DNA from: Eledone cirrhosa
Lineage: Eukaryota
DNA: 64,000 nt
Assembly (NCBI GenBank): GCA_964016885.1
Contig: OZ024743.1
Coordinates: forward strand, 78,430,001-78,494,000
Direction of reading: 5' to 3'
Positions within the stretch are counted from its first letter, which is position 1. Each line of letters starts with the position of its first letter. Positions 24,404-39,700 of this stretch are shown in pieces. A model generated the notes under the pieces. That model did not search any database, was not told the DNA's origin, and worked only from the letters and a program-made list of their open reading frames with translations. The translations under genes and the position numbers were made by a program.

Positions 24404-24441
24404 CCTTTTGAAAAGCAGAAGAACTGCGAAAGCGGTAAAGG
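24404..24441 (+). ncRNA. U3-A8 hammerhead, inverted copy with a stem III substitution
   Basis: cctt-TTGAAAA-gcagaagaactgc-GAAA-gcgg-TA-aagg. Confidence 0.7.
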
Positions 24442-24510
24442 AACCAAATAAATATATATATTTTAAAAAAAAATAAGACTCCAGTTGCATTTTCGATTTC
24501 ATCTCTTTTT

Positions 24511-24569
<59 letters not shown>

Positions 24570-24695
24570 GTAGGAGGTGAGTTTTATTGTAGTACAATAA
24601 AGCAATGCAGATATCGGATAAGAAGCACTCTACAGTTTGTGGGACTGGAGTATGCATAATATAAGATCAAAAGATGGTTAAAGGAGTTCCATATA

Positions 24696-24762
24696 TTTTA
24701 TTATGCGCATTTCAAAAACAAACATCATCAAGCAATAATATTTGTGTTTTCATCAGATAAAA
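24696..24762 (-). ncRNA. Type I hammerhead ribozyme
   Basis: ttttat-CTGATGA-long stem II-GAAA-tgcgca-TA-ataaaa. Confidence 0.8.
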
Positions 24763-25049
24763 CAGGAGAACATGATATGAAGGCTAAAAAACACTTGTTG
24801 ATAGTGCAGTTTTAAATCAACATATGTTGATGATGTTTGTTTTTGAAATGCGCATAATAAAATATATGGAACTCCTTTAACCATCTTTTGATCTTATATT
24901 ATATATATATATATATATGTTTATATATGTGTGTGTTTATATATATATATATGTGTGTGTGTTTATATATATATATGTGTGTTTATATATATATATATAT
25001 GTTTATATATATATGTGTGTGTTTATATATATATATATATGTTTATATA

Positions 25050-25096
<47 letters not shown>

Positions 25097-25129
25097 TATG
25101 TGTGTGTATATATATATATATATATATGT

Positions 25130-25172
<43 letters not shown>

Positions 25173-25269
25173 TTTGTTTATATATATATATATATATGTG
25201 TTTATATATATATATATGTTTATATATATATATGTGTGTGTTTTTATATATATATATATGTGTTTATGA

Positions 25270-25445
25270 TCATCATCATCATCATCATCGTTTAACGTCC
25301 GTGTTCCACGCTTGCATGGGTTTGGACGGGGGTTTTCCCACTTGAGGCAAGAGTGATTGTCTTGCTCGCATAGGACTGTCTGGCGGGTTTTCTACAGCTG
25401 GATGCCCTTCCTAACACCAACCACATTTACAGTGTGGGGCTGGGA
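25270..25445 (-). mobile_element. RTE-associated SINE or 3' end with (GAT)n tail
   Basis: Minus strand: ggtgttaggaagggcatccagctgtagaaa..catgcaagcgtggaacacggacgttaaacgatgatgatg. Confidence 0.55.
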
Positions 25446-25639
25446 GGTTTTTACCGTGTTGCCTACACGGCCACATTACAGCGTGGACTATCTGTTTTTT
25501 TGTCGTGACACCTACACGATCTCATTTGTTTCGGCCTGGATAGTGTGGCACCAACATAACTTTACATTGAAAGGGGCGGTGTGGATGAGGTGGGGGTGGT
25601 GGGACGGGGTGTATTTTGTTAGAGATGCCTACTGACTGT

Positions 25640-27139
25640 AGTAGGTTTTACTTTGTATTTAGGTAAGGCGGGTCTTCTCTATTACTGAGTACCGCCAAAG
25701 GTCTCGGTCCAGTGACATTGTCTTGGAGAGGTGTAAGTGTGTGAGGTCGGAATTTATCAGGTCGTCCCAGGTTTTTCTGGGTCTGCCTACTCCGTAGCTA
25801 CCGTCTATCATTATTGCCCTGCACTTTGTTATACAGCTGTCGTCTTTCATGCGCATCACGTGACCATACCAACGTAGCCTTCTCTCGAGTAAACAACATC
25901 TGATCCCTCTTATTTCTAATTATTTCCTTAGTTCGCTTATGCTTTGCCGTTCACGTATATTACTATTACACATCCAGCGGAGCATGCAAGCTTCGTTCCT
26001 CTCTAGTCTGCGTATATCCTCTGCACACAATGCCCAGGTCTCACTGCCATGCAACATTGCTGTTCGTCTGCAGGTATCATACAACCTGCCTTTCATTTTT
26101 AGGGAGAACCCTTTAGTGGCTAATAGTGGTATAAGCTCTCTGAACTTTTTCCATCCAGTTCTGACTCTAGCTACTGTACTTTCAGAGCACCCTCCCACAC
26201 TGCTGATTTTGTCACCCAGGTAACGGAAGCTGTCCACTATTTCTATAGAACCCTCTGCGCAATTGAAGAGCTAGTATTTTGTGAGCACTTGCTGCTACTT
26301 ATTGCACCAGAGCACCGGCCACATGTAAAATCTATGTTCTTAGTTAGCTTACCTGTGATCCCACTAGATCTTTTATGCACCCATACTTTGCATTTGGGAC
26401 ATAAAATGGAGTTTCTACCTACGCCTTTCCTATACAGTGAGCATGGCCTTTTTTCCGGAAGGGACCGTCGCCTTATTTTCTTTCCTACAAACTAGAACTT
26501 TAGTCTTAGCCAGGTTAATTTTAAGCCCTTTTGATTCTAGGCTATGCTTCCATGTTTGGAATTTCTTATCTAGCTCGGCCATTGATTCAGCTATGAGCGT
26601 TAGATCATCTGCGTATAGGAGTTCCCATGGTCTTGAACTCCACTGTTATAGCCTGAAGGGCAATAATAAATAGTAGGGGGCTAAGAACAGAGCCCTGATG
26701 TACACCAACTTTTACACTAAACTCTTCACTATATTCGCTGTTAATTCTAACCTTGCTGACTGTTTCTTCATACATGGCTTGTATAGCTCTCAGAAGCCAT
26801 TCGTCAACACCTAGTTTTCTAAGAGCCCACCAGATAATGGAACGGGGGACTCTGTCGAAGGCTTTCTCCAAGTCAACAAAAGGTAAGTATAGGGGTTTAC
26901 TTTTAGCTAGGTACTTCTCCTGTAGTTGTCGTACAATGAAAAGAGCGTCTGTGGTACTTTTGCCTGACACAAAACCGAACTGCATTTCATCTAGATCAAT
27001 TCTCTCTCTGATTAGTTGCGCTATAACCTTTTCCGTGACCTTCATGACCTGGTCGATTAATTTAATGCCTCTATAGTTACTCCTATCTAGGGCATCTCCT
27101 TTACCCTTGTAACAGTTAATGATGATGCTGCTACGCCAG

Positions 27140-27140
<1 letters not shown>
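25640..27140 (-). mobile_element. 5'-truncated, frameshifted RTE-clade LINE (RT region)
   Basis: NYRGIKL, QFGFVSGKSTTDA, DLEKAFDRVPR, GVHQGSVLSPLLF, LLYADDL, FRYLG, MLHGSETW, GRPRKTW. Confidence 0.92.
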
Positions 27141-27234
<94 letters not shown>

Positions 27235-27444
27235 ATATATATATATATACACACATATATATATACACATTGCATCATAGTTTATATAAACTTATTTATC
27301 CCATTTTCTAATGACCATCAAGTTAGTCATGTAAGGACGAAACTTTGAAATTCTGTCTTGTAGAATTTTATTGTAAAATATAATACTGGACATAAGTGGT
27401 AACTTTAAACATCCGTCCTATGATTAGAGATGTAGTTATAGTTT

Positions 27445-27698
27445 GGGATGTAGTGTAGCTGTGGGGGTTGTGCTTGTAGTGTAGCTGTGGTTGTTGTGGC
27501 TGTAGTGTAGCCGTGGTTGTTGTATATATGTACTTGTTGTGGTTGTAGTGTACCTGTGGTTATTGTGGTTGTAGTGTAGCTATGGTCGTTGTGGTTGAAG
27601 TGTAGACGTGGTTGTAGTATATCTGTGATTGTTGTGGTTGTAGTGTAACTGTGGTTGTTGAGGTTGTAGTGTAGATGTGGTCGTTCTGGTTGTAGTGT
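27445..27698. repeat. ~26-bp GT-rich minisatellite
   Basis: tgtagtgtagctgtggttgttgtggt units, about 9-10 copies. Confidence 0.85.
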
Positions 27699-27700
27699 AA

Positions 27701-30700
27701 CACACTACATTGGATCTCTATATAGACCATACACCATTAACATTACTACATTAGACCTCTATATAGACCATACACCATTAACACACTACATAAGACCTCT
27801 ATATAGACCATACACCACTAACACACTACACTAGATGTCTATATAGACCATAGACCATTAACACACTACATTAGACCTCTATATAGACCATACACCACTA
27901 ACATTACTACATTAGACATCTATATATACCTTACCCACTAAAATTACTACATTAGACGATTATATAGATCATACACCACTAAAACACTACATTATATACT
28001 ATATAAACACTACACTATATAGATCATACACCACTACACTATATAGATCATACACCACTAACACACTACGTTAGACCTCTATATAGACCAAACACTACTA
28101 ACATTACTACATTAGACCTCTATATAGATCATACACCACTAACACACTACGTTAGACCTCTATATAGACAAAACACTACTAACATTACTACATTAGACCT
28201 CTATATAGACCATACACCACTAACACACTACATTAGACCTCTATATAGACCATACACCACTAACACACTATATTAGACTTCTATAAAGACCAAAGACCAT
28301 TAACACACTACGTTAGACATCTATATAGATCATACACAACTAAAAAACTACATTAGACATCTATATAGAGCATACACCACTAACAATACTACATTAGACC
28401 TCTATATAGACCATACACCACTAACACACTACATTAGACCTTTATATAGACCATACACCACTAACGTTACAACATTAGACCTCTATATAGATCATACAGC
28501 ATTAACACACTACATTAGACCTCTATAAAGACCATACACCATTAACACACTACTTTAGACTTCTATATAGACAATACACCACTAACAATACTAGATTAGA
28601 CCGCTATATAGAACATACACCATTAACAATACTACATTAGATCTCTATATAGACCATACACCACTAGCTTTAGTACAGTAGATCTCTATATAGACCATAC
28701 ACCACTAGCACACTACATTAGACCTCTATATAGACCATACACTACTAACATTACTACATTAGACCTCTATATAGACCATACACCACTGACTTTAAAACAT
28801 TAGACCTCTATATAAACCATACACCACTAACACACTACATTAGACTTCTATATAGACCATACACCACTAACAATACTAGATTAGACCTCTATATAGACTA
28901 TACACGAATAGCATTACTACATTAGACCTCTATATAGACCATACACCACTGACATAACTAAATTAGATATCTATATAGACCATACACCACTGACACACTA
29001 CATTAGCCCTCTATATAGACCATACACCATGAACACACTAAGACTTCTATAAAGACCATAGACCATTAACACACTACGTTAGACGTCTATATAGATCATA
29101 CACAACTAAAAAGCTACATTAGACATCTATATAGAGCATACACCACTAACAATACTACATTAGACCTCTATATAGACCATACACCACTAACACACTACAT
29201 TAGACCTTTATATAGACCATACACCACTAACATTACAACATTAGACCTCTATATAGATCATACAGCATTAACACACTACATTAGACCTCTATAAAGACCA
29301 TACACCATTAACACACTACTTTAGACTTCTATATAGACAATACACCACTAACAATACTAGATTAGACCGCTATATAGAACATACACCATTAACAATACTA
29401 CATTAGATCTCTATATAGACCATACACCACTAACTTTAGTACAGTAGATCTCTATATAGACCATACACCACTAGCACACTACATTAGACCTCTATATAGA
29501 CCTTACACTACTAACATTACTACATTAGACCTCTATATAGACCATACACCACTGACTTTAAAACATTAGACCTCTATATAGACCATACACCACTAACACA
29601 CTACATTAGACTTCTATATAGACCATACACCACTAACAATACTAGATTAGACCTCTATATAGACTATACACGAATAGCATTACTACATTAGACCTCTATA
29701 TAGACCATACACCACTGACATAACTAAATTAGATATCTATATAGACCATACACCACTGACACACTACATTAGCCCTCTATATAGACCATACACCATTAAC
29801 ACACTACATTAGACATTTATATAGACCATACACCACTAATACACTACATTAGACCTCCATATAGACCATACAACACTAACAAAACTATGTTAGACCTCTA
29901 TATAGAACATACACAATAAACACACAACATTAGACCTCTATATAGACCATACACCACTAACGTTACAACATTAAACCTCTATATAGACCATACACCAATA
30001 ACACACTACATTAGACCTCTATATAGACCATACACCATTAACACACTACATTAAACCTCTATAAAGACCATACACCACTAACATTACTACATTAGATTTC
30101 TATATAGATAATACACCACTAACATTACTAAATTAGACCTCCATATAGACCATACACCATTAACACACTACATGAAACCTCTATATAGACCAGACATAAC
30201 TAACATTACTATATTAGATCTATATATAGACCATAAACCACTAACATTACTACATTAGACCTCTATATAGACCATACACCACTAACACAATACTTTAGAC
30301 CTCTATATAGACCATACACCTCTAAGAATACTAGATTAGACCTCTATATAGAATATACACCAATAGCATTACTACATTAGACCTCTATATAGACCATACA
30401 CCACTGCCATTATTACATTAGACCACTATATAGACCATACACCATTAACAATACTGCATTAGACCTTCATATTGACCATACACCATTAAAACGCTACATT
30501 AGACCTTTATATAGACCATACACCACTAGCGTTACTACATTAGCCCTCTATATAGATCATACATCATTAACACACTAGATTAGACCTCTATATAGACCAT
30601 ACACCAATAACACACTACATTAGACCTCTATATAGACCATACACCACTAACACACTACATTAGACCACTATATAGACCATACACCACTAATACATTACAT

Positions 30701-33700
30701 TAGACCTCTATATAGACCATACAGCAATAACAAAACTACATTAGAGCTCTATATAGAACATACACCATTAACACAGTATATTAGACCACTATATAGACCA
30801 TACACTAGTAACGTTACAACATTAAACCTCTATATAGACCATACACCATTAACACACTACAGTAGACCTCTATATAGACCATACACCACTAACAATGCTA
30901 GATTAGACCTTTATATAGACCATACACCATTAACACGCTACATTAGACCTTTATATAGACCATACACCACTAATACACTACATTAGACCTCTATATTTAC
31001 CATACACCACTAACATTACTACATTAGACCTCTATATAGAGCATACACCATTAACAATACTACATTAGACCTCTGTATAGACCATACACCAATAACACAT
31101 TACATTAAACCTCTATAAAGACCATACACCACTAACATTACTACATTAGATTTCTATACAGATCATACACCATTAACATTACTACATTAGACCTCTATAT
31201 AGACCATACACCACTGACATTACTACATTATACCTCTATATAGACGATACACCACTAACACACTACATTAGACCTTTATATAGACCATACACCACTAATA
31301 CACTACATTAGACCTCTATATAGACCATACACCACTAACGTTACAACATTAAACCTCTATATAGACCATACACCACTAACATTACTACATTAGATCTCTA
31401 TATAGATAATACACCACTAACATTACTACATTAGACCTCTATATAGACCATACACCACTGACATTACTACATTAGATTTCTATATAGATCATACACCACT
31501 AACATTACTACATTAGACCTCTATATAGACAATACACCACTGACATTACTACATTAGACCTCTATATAGAACATACACCATTAACAATATTACATTACAC
31601 CTCTATATAGACCATACACCATTAACACACTACATGAAACCTCTATATAGACCAGAGATAACTAACACTACTACATTAGATCTATATATAGACCATACAC
31701 CCCTAACATTACTATGTTAGACCTCTATATAGACCATACACCACTAACACACTACTTTAGACCTCTATATAGACAATACGCCACTAGGAATACTAGATTA
31801 GACCTCTATATAGAATATACACCAATAGCATTACTACATTAGACCTCTATATAGACCATACACCACTGCCATTACTACATTAGACTAGTATATAGACCAC
31901 ACACCATTAACAATACTACATTCGTCCTCTATATAGACCATACACCATTAAAACGCTACGTTAGACCTCTATATAGAGCATACACCACTAACAATACTAC
32001 ATTAGACCTCTATATAGACCATACACCACTAACACACTACATTAGACCTTTATATAGACCATACACCACTAAAGTTACAACATTAGACTCTATATAGACC
32101 ATACATCATTAACACACTAGATTAGACCTCTATATAGACCATACACCAGTACATTTACTACATTAGACCACTATATAGACCATACACCAATAACACACTA
32201 CATTAGACCTCTATATAGACCATACACCACTAACACACTACATTAGACCATTATATAGACCATACACCACTAACACACTACATTAGAACTCTATATAGAC
32301 CATACACCACTAATACACTACATTAGACCTCTATATAGACCATACAACAATAACAAAACTACATTAGACCTCTATATAGCACATACACCATTAACATAGT
32401 ATATTAGACCTCTATATAGACCATACACCACTAACGTTACAACATTAAACCTCTATATAGACCATACACCATTAACACACTACAGTAGACCTCTATATTT
32501 ACCATACACCACTAACATTACTACATTAGACCTCTATATAGAGCATACACCATTAACAATACTACATTAGACCTCTGTATAGACCATACACCAATAACAC
32601 ATTACATTAAACCTCTATAAAGACCATACACCACTAACATTACTACATTAGATTTCTATATAGATCATACACCATTAACATTACTACATTAGACCTCTAT
32701 ATAGACCATACACCACTGACATTACTACATTATACCTCTATATAGACGATACACCACTAACACACTACATTAGACCTTTATATAGACCATACACCACTAA
32801 AGTTACAACATTAGACTCTATATAGACCATATATCATTAACACACTACGTTAGACCTCTATATAGACCATACACCAGTACATTTACTATATTAGACCACT
32901 ATATAGACCATACACCAATAACACACTACATTAGACCTCTATATAGACCATACACCACTAACACACTACATTAGACCATTATATAGACCATACACCACTA
33001 ACACACTACATTAGAACTCTATATAGACCATACAACAATAACAAAACTACATTAGACCTCTATATAGAACATACACCATTAACACAGTATATTAGACCTC
33101 TATATAGACCATACACCACTAACGTTACAACATTAAACCTCTATATAGACCATACACCACTAACGTTACAACATTAAACCTCTATATAGACCATACACCA
33201 TTAACACACTACAGTAGACCTCTATATAGACCATACACCACTAACATTACTACATTAGACCTCTATATAGACCATACACCATTAAAAATACTACATTAGA
33301 CCTGGGTATAGACCATACACCATTAACACATTACATTAAACCTCTATAAAGACCATGCCACTAACATTACTACATTAGATCTCTATGTAGATCATACACA
33401 ACTAACATTAGTACATTAGACCTCTATATAGACCATACACCACTAAAAAAACTACTTTAAACCTCTATATAGATCATACACCACTAACAATGCTAGATTA
33501 GACATCTATATAGACTATACACCAATAGCATTACTATATTAGACCTCTATATAGACCATACACCACTGACATTACTACATTAGACCACTATATAGACTAT
33601 ACACCATTAATAATACTACATTCGACCTCTATAAAAACCATACACCACTAACAAAACTACATTACAACTCTATATAGAACATACACCACTATCACACTAC

Positions 33701-36700
33701 ATTAGACCTCTATATAGACCATACACCATTAACACACAACATTAGAAATCTATATAGACCATACACCACTAATAATAGTAGATTAGACCTCTATATAGAT
33801 CATACACCACAAATATTACTAAATTAGACCTCTATATAGACCATACAGCACTAACACACTACGTTAGACCTCTATATAGACCATATACAACTAACACACT
33901 GCATTACACCTCTATATAGAATATACACCACTAACAAATCTACATTACACCTCTATATAGAAGATACACCACTAACACACTACATTAGACATCTATATAG
34001 ACCATACACCTCTAACACACTACATTAGACCACTATATAGACCACACACAACTAACACACTACATTATACCACTATATAGACCATAAAACATTACCACAC
34101 TACATTAGACCTCTATATAGACCTTACACCACTAACACACTACATTACACCTCTATATAGACCATACACCATTATCACACTATATTAGACCTCTATATAG
34201 ACCATACACCATTACCACACTACATTAGACCTCTATATGGACCATACACCACTAAAACACTACATTATACCACTATATAGACCACCACCACTAATACACT
34301 ACATTAAACTTCTATATAGACCATACAACACTAACATTACTACATTAGACCTCTATATAGACCATACACCAATAACATTACTACATTAGACCTCTATATA
34401 GACCATACACCACTAACACACTATATTAGACCACTACATAGACCATAAACCACTAACACAATGCATTAAACCACTATATAGACCATACACAACTAAAACT
34501 CTAGTTTAGACCTCTATATAGACGATACACCACTAACAATAATACATTAGATCTCGATATAGACCATACACTACTAATACAATACATTATACCTCTATAT
34601 AGACCATACACCACTACCACACTACATTGGACCCCTATATAGACCATATATAACTAACACACTACATTAGACCACCATATAGACCATGCACCATTACCAC
34701 ACAACATTTGCCATCTATATAGATCATACACCATTACCACAATACATTACAGCTCTATATAGACCAAGAACCATCATCACACTACATTAGACCTCTATAT
34801 AGACCATACACGACTAACACACTATATTAGACCTCTATATAGACAAAACAACACTAACACACAACGTTAGACCTCTATATAGACCATACACCAATAACAT
34901 TACTACATTAGATCTCTATATAGACCAGACACCACTGACACTACTAAATTAGACCACTATATAGACCATTCACCATTAACAATACTACATTTGACCTCTA
35001 TATAGAACATAGACCACTAGAAAAATTACATTAGGCCTCTATATAGATCATACACCATTATCACACTACATGAGACATCTATATAGACCATACTCAAATA
35101 ATGTTACAACATTAGACCTCTATATAGACCATACACCATTAACACACTACATTAGACCTCTATATAGATCATATACCACTAACATTACTACATTAGACCT
35201 CTATATAGACCATACACCACTACCACACTACATTAGACCTCTATATAGGCCATACACAACTAACACCCTACATTAGACCTCTATATAGACATTACACCAC
35301 TAACATTACTACATTAGACCTCTATATAGACCATACACCATTAACAAACTACATTAGGCCTCTATATAAACCATACACCACTAACATTACTACATTAGAC
35401 CTCTATAAACCCATACATTACCAGCACACTACATTTGACCGCTATATAGACCATATACCACTAACAATACTACATTAGACCTCTATATAGACCATACACC
35501 ACTAACACACTACATTAGACCACTACATAGACCATACACCACTAACACACTACATTAGACTTCTATATAGACAATACACCACTAACATTAATACATTAGA
35601 CCTCTATATAGACCATACACCAATATCATTACTACATTAGACCTCTATATAGACCATACACCACTAACACAGTACATTAGACCTCTATATAGACCATACA
35701 CCACTAACATTACTACATTAGACCTCTATATAGACCATACACCAAAACACAGTACATTAGACCTCTATATAGACCATACTCCACTACCACACTATATTAG
35801 ACCACTATATAGACCATACACAACTAACACAATAGATTAGACCACCATATAGACCATACACAATTTCCACACTACATTAGACTTCTATATAGACCATACA
35901 CCATTACCACACTACATTAGTCCTCTATATAGCCCATACACCTCTAACACACTACATTAGACCACTATATAGACCACACACAACTAACACACTACATTAT
36001 ACCACTATATAGACCATACACCATTATCACACTACATTAGACCTCTATATAGACCATACACCATTACCACACTACTTTAGACCTCTATATAGACCATACA
36101 CCATTACCACACTACATTAGACCTCTATATGGACCATACACCACTAAAACACTACATTAAACTTCTATATAGACCATAGACCACTAACACACTATATTAG
36201 ACCACTACATAGACCATACACCACTAACACAATGCATTAAACCACTATATAGACCATACACAACTAAAACTCTACTTTAGACCTCTATATAGACGATACA
36301 CCACTAACAATAATACATTAGATCTCGATATAGACCATACACTACTAACACAATACATTATACCTCTATATAGACCATACACCACTACCACACTACATTA
36401 GACCCATATATAGACCATATATAACTAACACACTACATTAGACCACCATATAGACCATGCACCATTACCACACAACATTAGACATCTATATAGATCATAC
36501 ACCATTACCACAATACATTACACCTCTATATAGACCAAGAACCATCATCACACTACATTAGACCTCTATATAGACCATACACGACTAACACACTATATTA
36601 GACCTCTATATAGACCATACACCACTAACACACTACATTAGACCTCTATATAGACCATACACCAATAACATTACTACATTAGATCTCTATATAGAGCATA

Positions 36701-39700
36701 CACCACTGCCATTACTAAATTAGACCACTATATAGACCATTCACCATTAACAATACTACATTTGACCTCTATATAGAACATAGACCACTAGAAAAACTAC
36801 ATTAGGCCTCTATATAGAACATACACCATTATCACACTACATGAGACCTCTATATAGACCATACTCAACTAACGTTACAATATCAGACCTCTATATAGAC
36901 CATACACCATTAACACTCTACATTAGACCTCTATATAGACCATATACCACTAACATTACTACATTAGACCTCTATATAGACCATACACCACTACCACACT
37001 ACATTAGACCTCTATATAGGCCATACACCACTAACATTACTACATCAGACCTCTATAAACCCATACATTACCAACACACTGCATTTGACCGCTATATAGA
37101 CTATACACCACTAACAATACTACATTAGACCTCTATATAGACCATACACCACTAACACACTACATTAGACCACTACATAGACCATACACCACTAACACAC
37201 TACATTAGACTTCTATATAGAACATACACCATTAACATATAATACATTAGACCTCTATATAGACCATACACCAATAACATTACTACATTAGACCTCTATA
37301 TAGACCATTCACCACTAACACAGTACATTAGACCTCTATATAGACCATACACCACTAACACACTACATTAAACTTCTATATACACCATACACCACTAAAA
37401 TTACTACATTAGACCTCTATATAGACCATACACCAAAACACAGTATATTAGACCTCTATATAGACCATACTCCACTACCACACTATATTAGACCTCTATA
37501 TAGACCATACACCACTAACACAATAGATTAGACCACCATATAGACCATACACAATTTCCACACTACATTAGACTTCTATATAGACCATACACCATTACCA
37601 CACTACATTAGTCCTCTATATAGACCATGCACCTCTAATAAACTACATTAGACCACTATATAGACCACACACAACTAACACACTACATTATACCACTATA
37701 TAGACCATAAAACATTACCACACTACATTAGACCTCTATATAGACCTTACACCACTAACACACTACATTACACCTCTATATAGACCATACACCATTATCA
37801 CACTACATTAGACCTCTATATAGACCATACACCATTACCACACTACTTTAGACGTCTATATAGACCATATATCACTAACACACTACATCAGAACTCTATA
37901 TAGACCATACACCATTATCACACTACATTAGACCTCTATATAAACCATCGACCACTAACATTATTACATAAGATCTCTATATAAACCATAGACCATTAAC
38001 ATACTACATTATACCTCTATATAGACCATACACCACTAGCACATTACATTAGACCTCCATATAGACCATACAACACTAACATTACTACATTAGCCCTCTA
38101 TATAGACCATACAGCATTAACAATACTACATTAGACCTCGATATAGACCATACACCACTAACACACTACATTAGACCTCTATATAGACCATACACCATTA
38201 ACACACTACATTAGGCCTATTTATAGACAATATACCACTAACACACTACATTAGACCTCTATATAGACCATACACCACTAACATTACTACATTAGACCTC
38301 TATATATACCATACACCACTAATGATAATACATTAGATCTCTATATAGACCATACACCATGACCACACTACATTAGACCTCTATATAGACCATACACCAC
38401 TAACAATACTACATTAGACCTCTATATAGACCATACACCACTAACACACTACATTAGACTTCTATATAGACCATACACCACTAACATTAATACATTAGAC
38501 CTCTATATAGACCATACACCAATAACATTACTACATTAGACCTCTATATAGACCATACACCACTAACACAGTACATTAGACCTCTATATAGACCATACAT
38601 CACTAACATTACTACATTAGACCTCTATATAGACCATACACCAAAACACAGTACATTAGACCTCTATATAGACCATACTCCACTACCACACTATATTAGA
38701 CCACTATATAGACCATACACAACTAACACAATAGATTAGACCACCATATAGACCATACACAATTTCCACACTACATTAGACTTCTATATAGACCATACAC
38801 CATTACCACACTACATTAGTCCTCTATATAGCCTACACACCTCTAACACACTACATTAGACCACTATATAGACCACACACAACTAACACACTACATTATA
38901 CCACTATATAGACCATACACCATTATCACACTACATTAGACCTCTATATTGACCATACACCATTACCACACTACTTTAGACCTCTATATAGACCATACAC
39001 CATTACCACACTACATTAGACCTCTATATGGACCATACACCACTAAAACACTACATTAAACTTCTATATAGACCATACACCACTAACACACTATATTAGA
39101 CCACTACATAGACCATACACCACTAACACAATGCATTAAACCACTATATAGACCATACACAACTAAAACTCTACTTTAGACCTCTATATAGACGATACAC
39201 CACTAACAATAATACATTAGATCTCGATATAGACCATACACTACTAACACAATACATTATACCTCTATATAGACCATACACCACTACCACACTACATTAG
39301 ACCCATATATAGACCATATATAACTAACACACTACATTAGACCACCATATAGACCATGCACCATTACCACACAACATTAGACATCTATATAGATCATACA
39401 CCATTACCACAATACATTACACCTCTATATAGACCAAGAACCATCATCACACTACATTAGACCTCTATATAGACCATACACGACTAACACACTATATTAG
39501 ACCTCTATATAGACCATACACCACTAACACACTACATTAGACCTCTATATAGACCATACACCAATAACATTACTACATTAGATCTCTATATAGAGCATAC
39601 ACCACTGCCATTACTAAATTAGACCACTATATAGACCATTCACCATTAACAATACTACATTTGACCTCTATATAGAACATAGACCACTAGAAAAACTACA

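Larger units (their letters stand above)
21998..24517 (-). mobile_element. 5'-truncated Penelope-like element with ~440-bp inverted pseudo-LTRs (21998-22439 / 24078-24517)
   Basis: LPFLDI, HYKPTDSKQYL..SNHP, CGCSNCGTC, HRQQ..HLDIC..KENMFIQKYRPTLN; terminal arms are reverse complements. Confidence 0.92.

Noticed and set aside
24888-25345. YI/CV-rich ORFs here and elsewhere
   Set aside because: Translations of (TA)n/(TG)n microsatellites
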